Sequence record: NC_048779.1
Strand: one strand, 5' to 3'
Length of the DNA: 64,000 nucleotides
This document shows, piece by piece, positions 8,669-18,729 of this stretch. How positions within the stretch are numbered: position 1 is the stretch's first letter; the number at the start of each line of letters is the position of its first letter. Made by a program: the position numbers and the translations under genes. The notes beneath the pieces are model-generated. The model had not been told where the DNA came from, did not search any database, and was given only the letters and a program-made list of their open reading frames with translations.

Positions 8669-10076
8669 CGCATACATTGTTACACCCGTTAGGATGCTTT
8701 TTATTCGCCCTTCAGGAAAATACTAAGTAGTTGTAGATTTTGCCCAATCTATCAACTCTTCCCTTTGCTCTTTAGTGATTGTTTCTAGGTAATAGAACTT
8801 CCAACCATCAACCACTTTGGTTACACCACGCTTTAATGCTGTTGTAACCATCTTTTTACTTAAATCGTGTGTTGTTCTAAATTCATAAGCTGACTCAAAA
8901 AGGATTATTGTTTCACCTTCTTTGGCAGCTAACACTTTCTTAGGAGCACGAGATAACAACTTCTGTTTTAACTCATCAGTCAAAAAGTCAAAGTTATTTG
9001 TACTCTCTATTAGAACGTAGTGTTTTTGGAACAACTTTGGAAAGTCGCTGGTAGAAATACATTGCGAGACGGTCTGTGACCTACACTTGAAGTGTTCAGA
9101 AACCGCTTTCATAGTTGGAAACTGTTTGACTTCACCGGTAAAAAGATCCATGCATGATATCTCTCTACGGTAGGTCTGTTGCTCCCTTTCATGTCTTCTT
9201 AATTTCTGGACGCGTTTATCCGACGATTTAAGATGTTCTACTTTCCAGCCGTTTAACAACAACCCCTCTTTAATACTTTTCCAAACTTCAGCTATTTCGC
9301 ATGAGAAGAATTCGCACGCATGAAGGAAGTTGTTCAAGTACTTTGTTTCATCATCTTTGGTTATAACGATGAGTGGTCGTTTAGTATAACGATTTAAAAG
9401 TGTCGCATGAACGTTGTTTTGTTCCGGTGTTACCCAATCTACATTAGTAGACTCATTGTTTGTTATGTCTCCATCTATGTGGTTCCCATGTTGATTTTCC
9501 TCAGGCTCACCATGAAAGGTTGTTAATATGAGCCTGTGGACCCCTTTGGTGGTAAAAGTGCCATCAGGTAGCACCACCATAGTTGTTATGTATCCGTCAC
9601 CGTTGGTGTAGTATTCAACCTCTGTTTTATCAGGGTTGTAAATCCGTCCATCTTCAGTGGCGTAATAACCTTTAGTGTTAGGTATTTCTTTCATATTCAA
9701 CTTTTTTTGAAGGACTACGGGTCGTTACTCCGCTGAATAACCGGGCAAGGTCATTCTCCGATGCTTTCACACCGGGCGAGACTATATCTTAGCTTCATCA
9801 TTCCTTGAATCCACTCTTCCTGTTCGAGGAGACTTCTCCCCACCTAGTCGTTGAACGTTACTCTACGTGAGAGTCTTCGCTGCTGATTTCCGATTGATAA
9901 GAGCCCTTAGCACTCCACACTTATCCTTGGTGAAGTTGGTTTTCCATTAAGCTTAGGTCATCTCTATTTTTATTTCTGACTTTCGTCCACATTCATAGTC
10001 GATCACTCAACTATTGTAGTAAATAGAGCTTTACGGGGTTCCAGCAATTAAAGAAGTTTAAAGACGGCAATAGTTC
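8669..10076 (-). mobile_element. Group I intron, 1408 nt, in the RNAP catalytic motif
   Basis: P1 pairs exon GACGGU with intron GCCGUC with a U-G wobble at the splice site. Core elements: P AATTGCTGGAAC (10038-10049), Q AATCAGCAG (9880-9888), R GTTCAACGACTA (9845-9856), S AAGATATAGTCT (9779-9790). Ends in G. Confidence 0.92.
8723..9700 (-). CDS. Intron-encoded HNH homing endonuclease with C-terminal DNA-binding repeats, 325 aa
   Basis: GYYATEDGRIY (NUMOD4-like), KGVHRLILTTF...GNHIDGDITNN...NVDWVTPEQNNVHA (HNH); lies 3' of the intron catalytic core. Confidence 0.9.
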   Translation of the reverse strand: MNMKEIPNTKGYYATEDGRIYNPDKTEVEYYTNGDGYITTMVVLPDGTFTTKGVHRLILTTFHGEPEENQHGNHIDGDITNNESTNVDWVTPEQNNVHATLLNRYTKRPLIVITKDDETKYLNNFLHACEFFSCEIAEVWKSIKEGLLLNGWKVEHLKSSDKRVQKLRRHEREQQTYRREISCMDLFTGEVKQFPTMKAVSEHFKCRSQTVSQCISTSDFPKLFQKHYVLIESTNNFDFLTDELKQKLLSRAPKKVLAAKEGETIILFESAYEFRTTHDLSKKMVTTALKRGVTKVVDGWKFYYLETITKEQREELIDWAKSTTT

Positions 10077-11498
10077 ACCGTCGAAATCAGCGTTAAAATT
10101 GGACACAGACAGTATTGGGAGTCCAATAGATTGGTCTCCCAGATCTCGTTTAATTCGCGCAAAGAAAGTGCGACGAGACAAATACTGAATGGATGGCATA
10201 CGACCTGCTTTACACACGATGTCATTGCGTTCTTCATGGTAAGTGAAGAAAGCGTCGATATCGGGGTCGAGGTAGTGGGCAGCTTTACTGATCTTGGTCA
10301 GCGCAGCCATCGGTGAGTAACCTTTACGATACAAATGGGACAGTATCTGTTTCTCTAACTGGGCGAGCGCCATTATCCATGGAACTTCTATCATTCCCGG
10401 ATTATGTATCCCCGTCTTAGAGGTGATTACTGAACGACCTGTCATCGGTAAAGAGCCAGACGCCACCAGTTTACGCGCCGCTCCCGGTTTAGGGAACATG
10501 AAGTCCTTTAAATGGGCTGAGTTTTGTGCCGCTAACGCCACTATCCCCTTACCAACACGATCAATGGATTCTTGGATATCGAATTCATTGACTTGGTATA
10601 GGTCAGTGTTATCTTTAGTATCAGCGATGGACATGTAAGTTGAATCCATCTTTAGCTGACTTGAAGAAGCGTAACGTTCTTTACCCGCCTTTTCAATAAC
10701 GGTAGAGAGTTTATTAGGTATCGGGAGATACTTAGTGAAAACAATATCCTTGTAATCAAAGTAACCCAACATAATCTCTTTAGCATCGGAATTCTTAAGT
10801 GCTGTTAAAGTTCGACCTTCACCTAACAAAAAGTAATCCATGATGGTATCAGCATTAACAACAAACTCGTTGAGATCGAAACGAGTCATCAGACGTTTTA
10901 AATGAGATTGGAGATCACGGAGTTTTTCCGAACTTTGTGAATTGACCTTACGACGATAGGTTGGATCGATGATGTAAGTGATGATCTCTATCTTAGGTGA
11001 AGCTGTTGCGATCTTTTGCAAGTATGTCTTGTAGAACGCAGGGTTGATGAATGATTGGACACCAGTAGGTAGGCGTAACCAAACTTTGGTCGATAACTCA
11101 GTATCAACTAAGCGCTCCACTTGGTTACCACAGTTTCTACAAACCCGTCCAGAACCAATTAAATGGTTTCCCTTTAAAGGTTTATCACAACCACACGACG
11201 CGATGGTTTCAAAAGTGTCCGTATCAAAGTCCACACGAATCAGCTTCTCCAAACGTTCACGATCTTCTTCTAAACAGAAGTCGTAGTCGTTCAGATAAAC
11301 AGGTTGCGACTTAGATGTATCATGGGCGTAATTGAAATCACGGAAGTCTGGATAAAGCGGAGCGTAGTAACTAGGATCGTCGAAGAATTTCTTCCCGGAT
11401 TGTTCCTGATAACGCTGGAACTGTTTGATAGGAAGCAAATCGTCAAAAGATTCCTTTGCTAATACCTCTACTGCAATATCTTTCGTTGGAGACGACAT
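10077..11498 (-). CDS. Exon 1 of nvRNAP beta' N-terminal subunit (phiKZ gp55-like), 474 aa; spliced product 533 aa
   Basis: Zn-binding CGC...CRNC; KAGRMPSIQ motif; ends NFNADFDG; directly downstream of chimallin as in phiKZ. Confidence 0.92.
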
Positions 11499-11546
11499 TA
11501 CAGAACTCCTTATTTTTGATAAAAAATTTAAAAACGATATAAAGGA

Positions 11547-11566
11547 GTGGGAGCGTTAGCTCCCAC
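11547..11566 (-). terminator. Hairpin terminator after chimallin
   Basis: GTGGGAGC/GCTCCCAC 8-bp stem, 4-nt loop. Confidence 0.6.
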
Positions 11567-11592
11567 CCTTAGAACTTAATTAACGAAGCAGA

Positions 11593-13659
11593 TTATGAGT
11601 AAACAATACCAGAAGCATTGCCCACGATACCGCCACCGTTAACCATGTAAGCACCAGAAGCACCTGCTGCCGCGTTTACTGCGTATTCAACAGATGGTGC
11701 GTAGATTGCAACGTTAGATGCAAACGTACCCATAGTACCAGACGCATTTAGGTTACCAAGCTTGTCTAGACATTGACCTAGGAATTCTGCAAACTCTGGT
11801 GCCACGTAGTGACGACGTGAAGTACCAGTGATGTTTACATCATCGTTGATCAGTGTAGGAAGCATAGTAGTCATGCGGTAGCGACGTACTGGCTCTGGAG
11901 TTTGGTTACCATCACCGTACACTGCTTGTAGGTACTGAATCATTGGAGTAGTGTCAGTTGGGCATAGACGGCTTAGGAAGATTTCATCCACTTCTTCTAG
12001 TGAGTGAAGTTCACCGTTGTGCTTAAACGTACCTACTGGATTCAGGATACCAGATTGACATAGAACTGCTTTCTCTGGAGTCCAACCTTTACCAGTTTGT
12101 TTGTTCTCTGAGATGCGACGAGACGCTTCACCGTTAGTGATAGAATCGATCACTTTAACGATTACTAGTTTGTTTTCAGTAGCAGCTTCAGTAGTGCCTA
12201 CAAGGTTAAGTAGGAAGTTGTGAAGTGCTGCTTCGTTACCGAATTCAACTAGGTCGATAGCGTAAGATGCGCGCTCAGCGATGTTACGACGGATCCAAGA
12301 ACTTGTGAAGTCCATGTCTTTTAGACGGGCTTCAGTCATTTTCAGTTTCTCGTCACGCTTACCTAGCGCACCACCAATCATGTCTTCGATACGACGCTCG
12401 ATGTGAGACAGGTTACCACGTGCACCAATCTTAGCCAAGCGTAGAGGCTCAGTAAATAGGTGGTTGTGGTTCACAGTCATGTTCGCGTACAGACCCATTA
12501 GGAATGATGCGATACCTGAGTTGTTACCCATCTGTGCTTGAGCACGAGTATGGTTCATAACTACAACTGCTTGAAGCGGGTGGTAGCCATGAGGGTACAT
12601 ATCGTTCGAGTTCATCATTGGAGAGAACATCGGTTGGATTTGACGGTTCGCCATTTGCGCTGTGTAAACAGCGAACGGAACACCAACCAACAGTACGTTA
12701 GAGTAAGCGTTAACAATACCGCGAGCAGCATCAGCGTTGTATTGCTGACCTTCTTTTGGTGCTGTTTGCAGCTGAACTAACATGTTAGCGCCAGACGGAA
12801 CGCCGTCGATGCTTACTGGAGTACCAGATTGATTTTTCATCGCTTCGATACGCGCAGTCGCACATTTAGTTGGACCGTACGCATTTTCGTCGATTTGACC
12901 TTTAGCGTTGATGAATGGAGTTTTCAGCGTTACACCATGCTTAACCATTGTTTTGGTTAGCGTAGTTTTCATGCCGCGTTCCCACTCTTCAAGGATAACG
13001 TTCGCCAGTAGGTCAGCCATACCAATCTCTTTGTTTTCTGGAGTTTGGTAAGACTCTAGGTCGATAACGCGAGACGTGATAAGTTGAACGTCGTTTACAC
13101 CGTCGTTAGCGTAACGAAGTTTCATTGATTCGATTAGGTTACGAACCACTTCTTTACTCATGTAACGGTTTGGTGTTTGTTTGATTTGCACCTTCGCCGG
13201 CATGTTTTGACCCATCACACCGTTAGTGTGAATTTCTTCCAGCTGGATAGCGATCTCGCGGTTAGAGAACTGCACTGGAGCAATGATCATTGCATTACCT
13301 ACGCGACGAGCTAGGATGATACCCGGTAATACTGGAGACAGGTTAGTGTCCATCAGGATTACTTCTTGAGGGATGATTTGCTGTAGCGCAGGGTTGATAG
13401 AAGATTTGTCTTTCTCTTCACGGAAGTCATTCAACTTCTTAACAATCTCGTTCACAACAGGAACGCTACGACCGCCAGACATCATTGAGTTCATACCTAG
13501 AACGTTAGCGAAATCTAGTAGTGAGTTGGTTTTGTTAGATGACATTTTTTCTGCTCCTTGTTGTGCAGTTTGATTTTTGGTTGGTTGTTGGGTTTGTGGG
13601 TTGTTAGAAGATTGATCATTCTCTTCGATTTCATCCCAGCTATTTTTGCTTGAGATCAT
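11593..13659 (-). CDS. chmA: Chimallin, major phage nuclear shell protein (688 aa, or 650 aa from ATG 13545)
   Basis: Size, strongly biased high-expression codon usage, and position immediately upstream of nvRNAP beta' and divergent from a gp53-like gene, as in phiKZ gp54. Confidence 0.85.
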   Translation of the reverse strand: MISSKNSWDEIEENDQSSNNPQTQQPTKNQTAQQGAEKMSSNKTNSLLDFANVLGMNSMMSGGRSVPVVNEIVKKLNDFREEKDKSSINPALQQIIPQEVILMDTNLSPVLPGIILARRVGNAMIIAPVQFSNREIAIQLEEIHTNGVMGQNMPAKVQIKQTPNRYMSKEVVRNLIESMKLRYANDGVNDVQLITSRVIDLESYQTPENKEIGMADLLANVILEEWERGMKTTLTKTMVKHGVTLKTPFINAKGQIDENAYGPTKCATARIEAMKNQSGTPVSIDGVPSGANMLVQLQTAPKEGQQYNADAARGIVNAYSNVLLVGVPFAVYTAQMANRQIQPMFSPMMNSNDMYPHGYHPLQAVVVMNHTRAQAQMGNNSGIASFLMGLYANMTVNHNHLFTEPLRLAKIGARGNLSHIERRIEDMIGGALGKRDEKLKMTEARLKDMDFTSSWIRRNIAERASYAIDLVEFGNEAALHNFLLNLVGTTEAATENKLVIVKVIDSITNGEASRRISENKQTGKGWTPEKAVLCQSGILNPVGTFKHNGELHSLEEVDEIFLSRLCPTDTTPMIQYLQAVYGDGNQTPEPVRRYRMTTMLPTLINDDVNITGTSRRHYVAPEFAEFLGQCLDKLGNLNASGTMGTFASNVAIYAPSVEYAVNAAAGASGAYMVNGGGIVGNASGIVYS

Positions 13660-13739
13660 AATTGATCCTTTATTATTCGGGTTTCAATATTCAATAACGT
13701 TATTAAACATTAAGGCATCGCAATAATACCACTTGCTTA

Positions 13740-13765
13740 ACACCTAGGTTATATAGGACTGAAAA
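13740..13765 (-). promoter_or_regulatory. Candidate chimallin promoter TTTTCAGTCCTATATAACCTAGGTGT
   Basis: Near-copy (23/26) of 7295-7320; intergenic, ~80 nt upstream of the first ATG. Confidence 0.7.
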
Positions 13766-13881
13766 TATTTAGGAACTTCAAAACCTTTCGATTTTATGTC
13801 TCAAATATTTCAATTCTGGTCCTATCCACCCCAACCTTACGGCTGGAGAAAGTTTTATCTACATATAATGGACACACAGTT

Positions 13882-14988
13882 ATGCAAACTTTATTTACCG
13901 AGTTGAGTTCTATGACCAATGCGAGTTACCATTATACAAATGTAACCAATTTATTACGCATGTGTCGATTCAACCAAGAACAGTTTAAAGAGCGGGTGTT
14001 GGAAACCAGCTACCGCTTACCAAATGAACATCCACTGGTTCAGCTAGTGGAGTTTATGCAGATTGATCCTCATTGGACATCCGAGGAATTAGAACAAGTT
14101 ATTGAGTTCAAGCGAGAACGTTGGGCGAGTTCTATTAGTGCTGTCGGTGTATACAACAATGGTAAACTTCACCAAAATGTACTATATAAGCAGGGCTACC
14201 GAGAGCTACTAATATCTTTGCCATCGCAGTTGAACTTTACAGATTATTTAATCACTAACACCGAAGACATCTGCCCCTTTATACCGGTTTACAGTGATTC
14301 TACTGAATTAGACTTTCGACCTACTAAGGATAAGCCTCGCGAAGACCCTGACGGTAAGTTTGCCATCATCGGTATCGACTTCACCGCACTTGCGGTTGGG
14401 TATTGGCGTTATTTGAAAGACGCGGTGACTTACGGCTTTGATCCTAAACCGCACTTATGGTTGCCTAAGTTCCCTTTACTTAATGCTCAACTTCTTGGTA
14501 ACCGTTTGGTAGCTTTAAACGCGTTATACCAACACGCAGTCACAGGACGTGATTTCGATGAGTTATTAACAGTCCCACGAACTACTTACGCGATTAATTC
14601 CGTAGAACGTTTGTTAGTAAAGACTGTCGAGAAAATGGATAACTTATTAACTAAGAAGCCATTAAGGAATTTAGACGCGTTGATTGATGATTTAGAGATC
14701 TACGATACTCTTCCAAATTCCCCTAATAACCCGGTAGTATGGAAAGACCCCGAACAATACGGACTTTACCTTAAATCGCGATGGGTTTGGAATTTCTCGT
14801 ATATGAAAGTCCTCACTGTTTTATTCCACTATAACCAGATAACTCGAACAAACAATGGATTCTTACAGAGTCATGTTCGTCGATGGTTACGGCAAGACGT
14901 TAAATTATCAACACAACAGATACGTAACCCTTTATTAGAGAAACGTTATGTGGCGATGCGAAATGAGTTAGAAAAAAGAATACAGTAA
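13882..14988 (+). CDS. Conserved Chimalliviridae protein (phiKZ gp53-like), 368 aa
   Basis: Long ORF divergent from chimallin; assignment by synteny. Confidence 0.7.
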   Translation: MQTLFTELSSMTNASYHYTNVTNLLRMCRFNQEQFKERVLETSYRLPNEHPLVQLVEFMQIDPHWTSEELEQVIEFKRERWASSISAVGVYNNGKLHQNVLYKQGYRELLISLPSQLNFTDYLITNTEDICPFIPVYSDSTELDFRPTKDKPREDPDGKFAIIGIDFTALAVGYWRYLKDAVTYGFDPKPHLWLPKFPLLNAQLLGNRLVALNALYQHAVTGRDFDELLTVPRTTYAINSVERLLVKTVEKMDNLLTKKPLRNLDALIDDLEIYDTLPNSPNNPVVWKDPEQYGLYLKSRWVWNFSYMKVLTVLFHYNQITRTNNGFLQSHVRRWLRQDVKLSTQQIRNPLLEKRYVAMRNELEKRIQ

Positions 14989-14993
14989 AGATG

Positions 14994-15021
14994 ACTCCGT
15001 GCGGGATTACCCGCACGGAGT
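14994..15021. terminator. Bidirectional terminator between convergent genes
   Basis: ACTCCGTGCGGG-ATTA-CCCGCACGGAGT perfect 12-bp stem. Confidence 0.8.
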
Positions 15022-15023
15022 TA

Positions 15024-17096
15024 TTAGTGTTCGTCACTAATCAGTCGTGTTATCTTCTCATTCACAATAAAGAGACCTAGGGACTCTAATACTGCGTAAA
15101 CACATTTAAGGTTTTGTTTAATGATAGCACGGATGTCTGCGGCTTGTATAACTTCCTTAGGGATCCCCTCAGAACCTAAACATTCTTCGGGAACGTAAAG
15201 GGTCGTCAGTTTACTGGTATCACTAAGGTGAGTTTCCGCTTTCTTTTTAATCTCTACAGGTAGTGAATCTAACCAGCTTTGGATAGAAGCACGGTTGAGA
15301 GTCTTAGCATTTACTTTAATGGCAGTGTACGGTAATTCCGGAGCATGTCCGTATTGTTCAGCAAAGATTTTCTCCCACAGTACATGATACTGGTAAACAG
15401 ACGATTCAGGTTTAGAATAAACTTCTGCATCTTTAATCGTAGACTTTGTCAACCACAACCAATCCCCACGTTCTATATCCGCAATGATTTGTCGTTCGAG
15501 TTCTGCCGCACGATACAAAATGTCAGCAGCATCCAGTTGACGGTGTTCATGGATGGCGTCTAATACTTCACGCATCAGTTTGTGTGCAAAGGACTTAATG
15601 TTGGCAGCGATTTTGGCAGAGCGTAAATGCACGCCTTTAATCTCCATCTCAACTTCTTTGTTCATCACCCCTTCTACCATCAACTGTGTCGCATAGTAGT
15701 GCTTCGACATCGTTGTAGTAACGTACGCTCCGAACAAATATTCGTTCTTCATGTTTAGGCGGTAACGGAAGCGATGAGCCACATTCATGTTCTCAGAGAA
15801 CTGTGCGTGTTGGTGAACGGCGATCATACGAATGAAATAGGTCAGTACACCGTTAGTGCGAAGTGAGGTCGCACGGTCTTTGGTGTATTGATCTACAACC
15901 GTATCCACCGTGTAGATAGAAGAATCCGTATCAGAAGTCAACACTACTTCACGAATCATATCTTTGATGTTGTAAACACCAGATGGTGGAATTTCTTGCT
16001 TAAGGAATATTTCAATGAAATCAAACCACTTTTGCTCACACTCTAAGTGCCAAGCATTAAGGTGGTTGATTTGAAGTTTACTCGCTTTACCGACAATCTT
16101 TGAAACACAAAGGATGTATCGGTCACCCGTATCTGGTTTAGGGTAATCTTCAGCTTTAGCACCTTCCGGTATTTCTGGTACTTTAGAGAAGTCATCAAGT
16201 AACTCGTATAACGTTTTCTGGTTCGTGACACGAAGACCTTCTAAGTCTAACACACATAGTACAGCGGTTAATTCCACCGGACGGAAAGTGTTGATCAACT
16301 CTTCGATGGTCTGCATACGAACTGCATTACGCCAGTAACGACCTGTAGAGTGACGAATCATGTTCATCACTTCTTCTACAGTCGCGTGACGCATCCCTAA
16401 CTTATCCATCACTTTCTGCATGCGTTCAAGGTCGGTGTATTGGACCGTCGCAATGATGTTTTGTAAGGTGTTTTCAAAAGTGTTATAGAGTCGGTTACCT
16501 GCAAGGAATTTTTCGTTACAGATGTTAGCTGTGGACGTGAGACCACGACATGTTGACGTCATCGAAGTGTGACCGGACTTATTAACTAGCGGCGTACCAT
16601 TAGACGACATCGCACCAGACTGAGCGTTGTTAAAGATCTTCAGTGCGTTCTGGATAACGTCGTAGGTTTTCTCTGCCCACTTATCACCACTATCTTTGGC
16701 GTCTTGTCGTTTGTTTTTGTACAACTTACGAAGTTTAAGGAAACGCTCCGTACCGATGGAGTTAACGGATTGTTCTTCTTCTGAGTTCTTGTATCCCACT
16801 AGTGATGGACTTAAGTGGTAGTTGTTACTGTGTACGTTTTTAAAGAACTCACTGGCGGTCATGACTTTAAGTTCACGGTCGCCGTATTTATTTTTCTCCA
16901 AGACTTTAAACTTACGGTCTTGATATTCCCCAGTATTAGGTCGGAATTTTTTCTTAACAATTTGGGCTGCTTGCTCAGCGGTCACCTTAAATCGTTTTTG
17001 TAAGTAGGTGATCATCTGATCGTGATAATGCTTCACGATGTTTCTATCAGAATGATAATCCGCGTCCACAAAAGGAGACAACATCGGCTGTATCAT
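15024..17096 (-). CDS. Family B DNA polymerase subunit (phiKZ gp50-like), 690 aa
   Basis: SDTDSSIY catalytic motif, KxxxNxxxG-type KIFNNAQSG, KNEY, KHYYA, EMEIKGV. Confidence 0.88.
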   Translation of the reverse strand: MIQPMLSPFVDADYHSDRNIVKHYHDQMITYLQKRFKVTAEQAAQIVKKKFRPNTGEYQDRKFKVLEKNKYGDRELKVMTASEFFKNVHSNNYHLSPSLVGYKNSEEEQSVNSIGTERFLKLRKLYKNKRQDAKDSGDKWAEKTYDVIQNALKIFNNAQSGAMSSNGTPLVNKSGHTSMTSTCRGLTSTANICNEKFLAGNRLYNTFENTLQNIIATVQYTDLERMQKVMDKLGMRHATVEEVMNMIRHSTGRYWRNAVRMQTIEELINTFRPVELTAVLCVLDLEGLRVTNQKTLYELLDDFSKVPEIPEGAKAEDYPKPDTGDRYILCVSKIVGKASKLQINHLNAWHLECEQKWFDFIEIFLKQEIPPSGVYNIKDMIREVVLTSDTDSSIYTVDTVVDQYTKDRATSLRTNGVLTYFIRMIAVHQHAQFSENMNVAHRFRYRLNMKNEYLFGAYVTTTMSKHYYATQLMVEGVMNKEVEMEIKGVHLRSAKIAANIKSFAHKLMREVLDAIHEHRQLDAADILYRAAELERQIIADIERGDWLWLTKSTIKDAEVYSKPESSVYQYHVLWEKIFAEQYGHAPELPYTAIKVNAKTLNRASIQSWLDSLPVEIKKKAETHLSDTSKLTTLYVPEECLGSEGIPKEVIQAADIRAIIKQNLKCVYAVLESLGLFIVNEKITRLISDEH

Positions 17097-17154
17097 TATA
17101 TCACTCCAAGGTAAAATTTAATTTATGCTAAATCATTAACCTCAGAGTAATGGA

Positions 17155-17592
17155 TTACTTTAAGGTGCGTTTTAGTGTTATAATATGACTTTCAATCTCT
17201 TCCTCTAATTTATCGAGACGGTCACGTTCTTGTATGATTTTTAGTTTCTCATCTTCAAACTTTTTGAGGGATAAGTTAGCGACGTCATTTACTGACAACG
17301 GTAGGGAATAACCTTCACCTAAGAAGCTCTTTTTAACTTTGCGTTTTTTAAAGTTACTGTAATTATACTCACATTCATGAGGATGAGAATCACAGTACAG
17401 AGTTTCTTTATCTGAACTTAACAACAGTGGTTTGTCGAGGTTTCTGCATCGAGGACAAAACCACGTTTGTGTTAGATCAAGATGTTTAAAGGGTCCGAGG
17501 TACGCCTTTAATGATAGGTTGGGAAAATGTTGTTCCCATTCTTTTAATTGTTCTAGGTTAAAATCTAATTCTTGATCTGAGTAGTTTTCCAT
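17155..17592 (-). CDS. Hypothetical Zn-ribbon/coiled-coil protein (~145 aa; start revised to MENYSD)
   Basis: CPRC...CDSHPHEC; C-terminal heptad-rich helix; SD AAGGA before ATG 17592. Confidence 0.7.
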   Translation of the reverse strand: MENYSDQELDFNLEQLKEWEQHFPNLSLKAYLGPFKHLDLTQTWFCPRCRNLDKPLLLSSDKETLYCDSHPHECEYNYSNFKKRKVKKSFLGEGYSLPLSVNDVANLSLKKFEDEKLKIIQERDRLDKLEEEIESHIITLKRTLK

Positions 17593-17628
17593 CTCATTTC
17601 CTTGAAAAAAAAAATAAATATAAAAGAT

Positions 17629-17654
17629 CATCCTACCCCGTTTGGGGTAGGATG
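17629..17654 (-). terminator. Intrinsic terminator
   Basis: CATCCTACCCC/GGGGTAGGATG 11-bp stem followed by long T tracts on the minus strand. Confidence 0.75.
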
Positions 17655-17658
17655 GTTA

Positions 17659-18066
17659 TTATTCTACATCTTTGATGGTAAAATTCGCACCTAATGAATT
17701 CAGTCGATCTTCAATAGGGTCTTTAAACCACTCAGACCAGTTGGTGATAGTGATAACTTTAGATTTCACATTCACTACTTTAAGTGAGTTTTTCACAATC
17801 CAAGTTTCACCAATCGCTTCAATGATCCCATTCGGGTGCTTCACCAAAATGTATTGGTAGTCTGTTGGATTGAGGGCCGTTGGGTAAGTAGTCTTAAAGT
17901 ATGCTTTTAGGTTCTGGTGTTTAATGTTAATGTCTTTGGTAACTTGCAAGGCTACTGCGTAAGACACGGTACCTTGATAAGTCACGCCTTCAAAGGCACT
18001 ATTCATTAATCCAGATTCCACGATGCGAAAACTAATTTTGTCTTCTTCACCTATGTTGTAAATCAC
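17659..18066 (-). CDS. Conserved hypothetical protein, 135 aa
   Basis: ORF in the PhuZ-DNA polymerase interval. Confidence 0.75.
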   Translation of the reverse strand: MIYNIGEEDKISFRIVESGLMNSAFEGVTYQGTVSYAVALQVTKDINIKHQNLKAYFKTTYPTALNPTDYQYILVKHPNGIIEAIGETWIVKNSLKVVNVKSKVITITNWSEWFKDPIEDRLNSLGANFTIKDVE

Positions 18067-18095
18067 TGTGATGTTCTCCTCGGTTGGACAGACAA

Positions 18096-18425
18096 TTATT
18101 GCCTATAAAAATGATCGTAATGAACGCGGTTAACCAACATAATCATTGGACAGTGGCAAACGCCTCCGTCCACTGTCGGTAACATCACCGCCGTGCGGTC
18201 TTTCATAATAGGTACGAACATCTCTAATAAAGTCGTATCCGGTAAGATCAAATTAGTGAGAATAGGATCAGGGTCCCCGTGTTGGTCATTTAAATGATGT
18301 AGATGGTCATTTAAATGAGTTCCCAGCATGTCAGAATTTAACACCCACGTGTCAGGGTCGTAGAGTGAATTAACATACTGGGTTAGTAACGGGTAGTTGA
18401 CATCAACTAATAGAAATAAATTCAT
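18096..18425 (-). CDS. Hypothetical protein, 109 aa
   Basis: Overlapping ORF chain. Confidence 0.65.
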   Translation of the reverse strand: MNLFLLVDVNYPLLTQYVNSLYDPDTWVLNSDMLGTHLNDHLHHLNDQHGDPDPILTNLILPDTTLLEMFVPIMKDRTAVMLPTVDGGVCHCPMIMLVNRVHYDHFYRQ

Positions 18426-18729
18426 TAGTTCTATCCCCAGATACTTTAAAGACTATCATCACCGATAATCCCGCCATGCGAGCATCTTCCACTTCCACAT
18501 TAGCCCATTGTGATTTCAAAGCACCGATGTATTCGTTTAACCGGTAAGCTTCTTGCATCAACAATTGCTTAGATTCAGGGATAGGGTGATCGAGCTCTGT
18601 ATTGGACAAAGAAGTGATCGTATTTTTAACTTGATGTGCCCCCAACAACTTAGCCACAAACGCCATCAATGCTTCGATGTCGGTTGCGGGTGGTATGCTG
18701 AAATTATACGAAAAAGTATTAACACTCAT
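18403..18729 (-). CDS. Hypothetical protein, 108 aa
   Basis: Overlapping ORF chain. Confidence 0.7.
   Translation of the reverse strand: MSVNTFSYNFSIPPATDIEALMAFVAKLLGAHQVKNTITSLSNTELDHPIPESKQLLMQEAYRLNEYIGALKSQWANVEVEDARMAGLSVMIVFKVSGDRTNEFISIS

Noticed and set aside
8669-8677. Independent 62-aa gene starting MYA
   Set aside because: MYA is intronic; the rest is exon 2 of the RNAP subunit.
10011-10076. ORF-track C-terminus of the RNAP subunit (ELLPSLN...)
   Set aside because: It is intron sequence read in frame.
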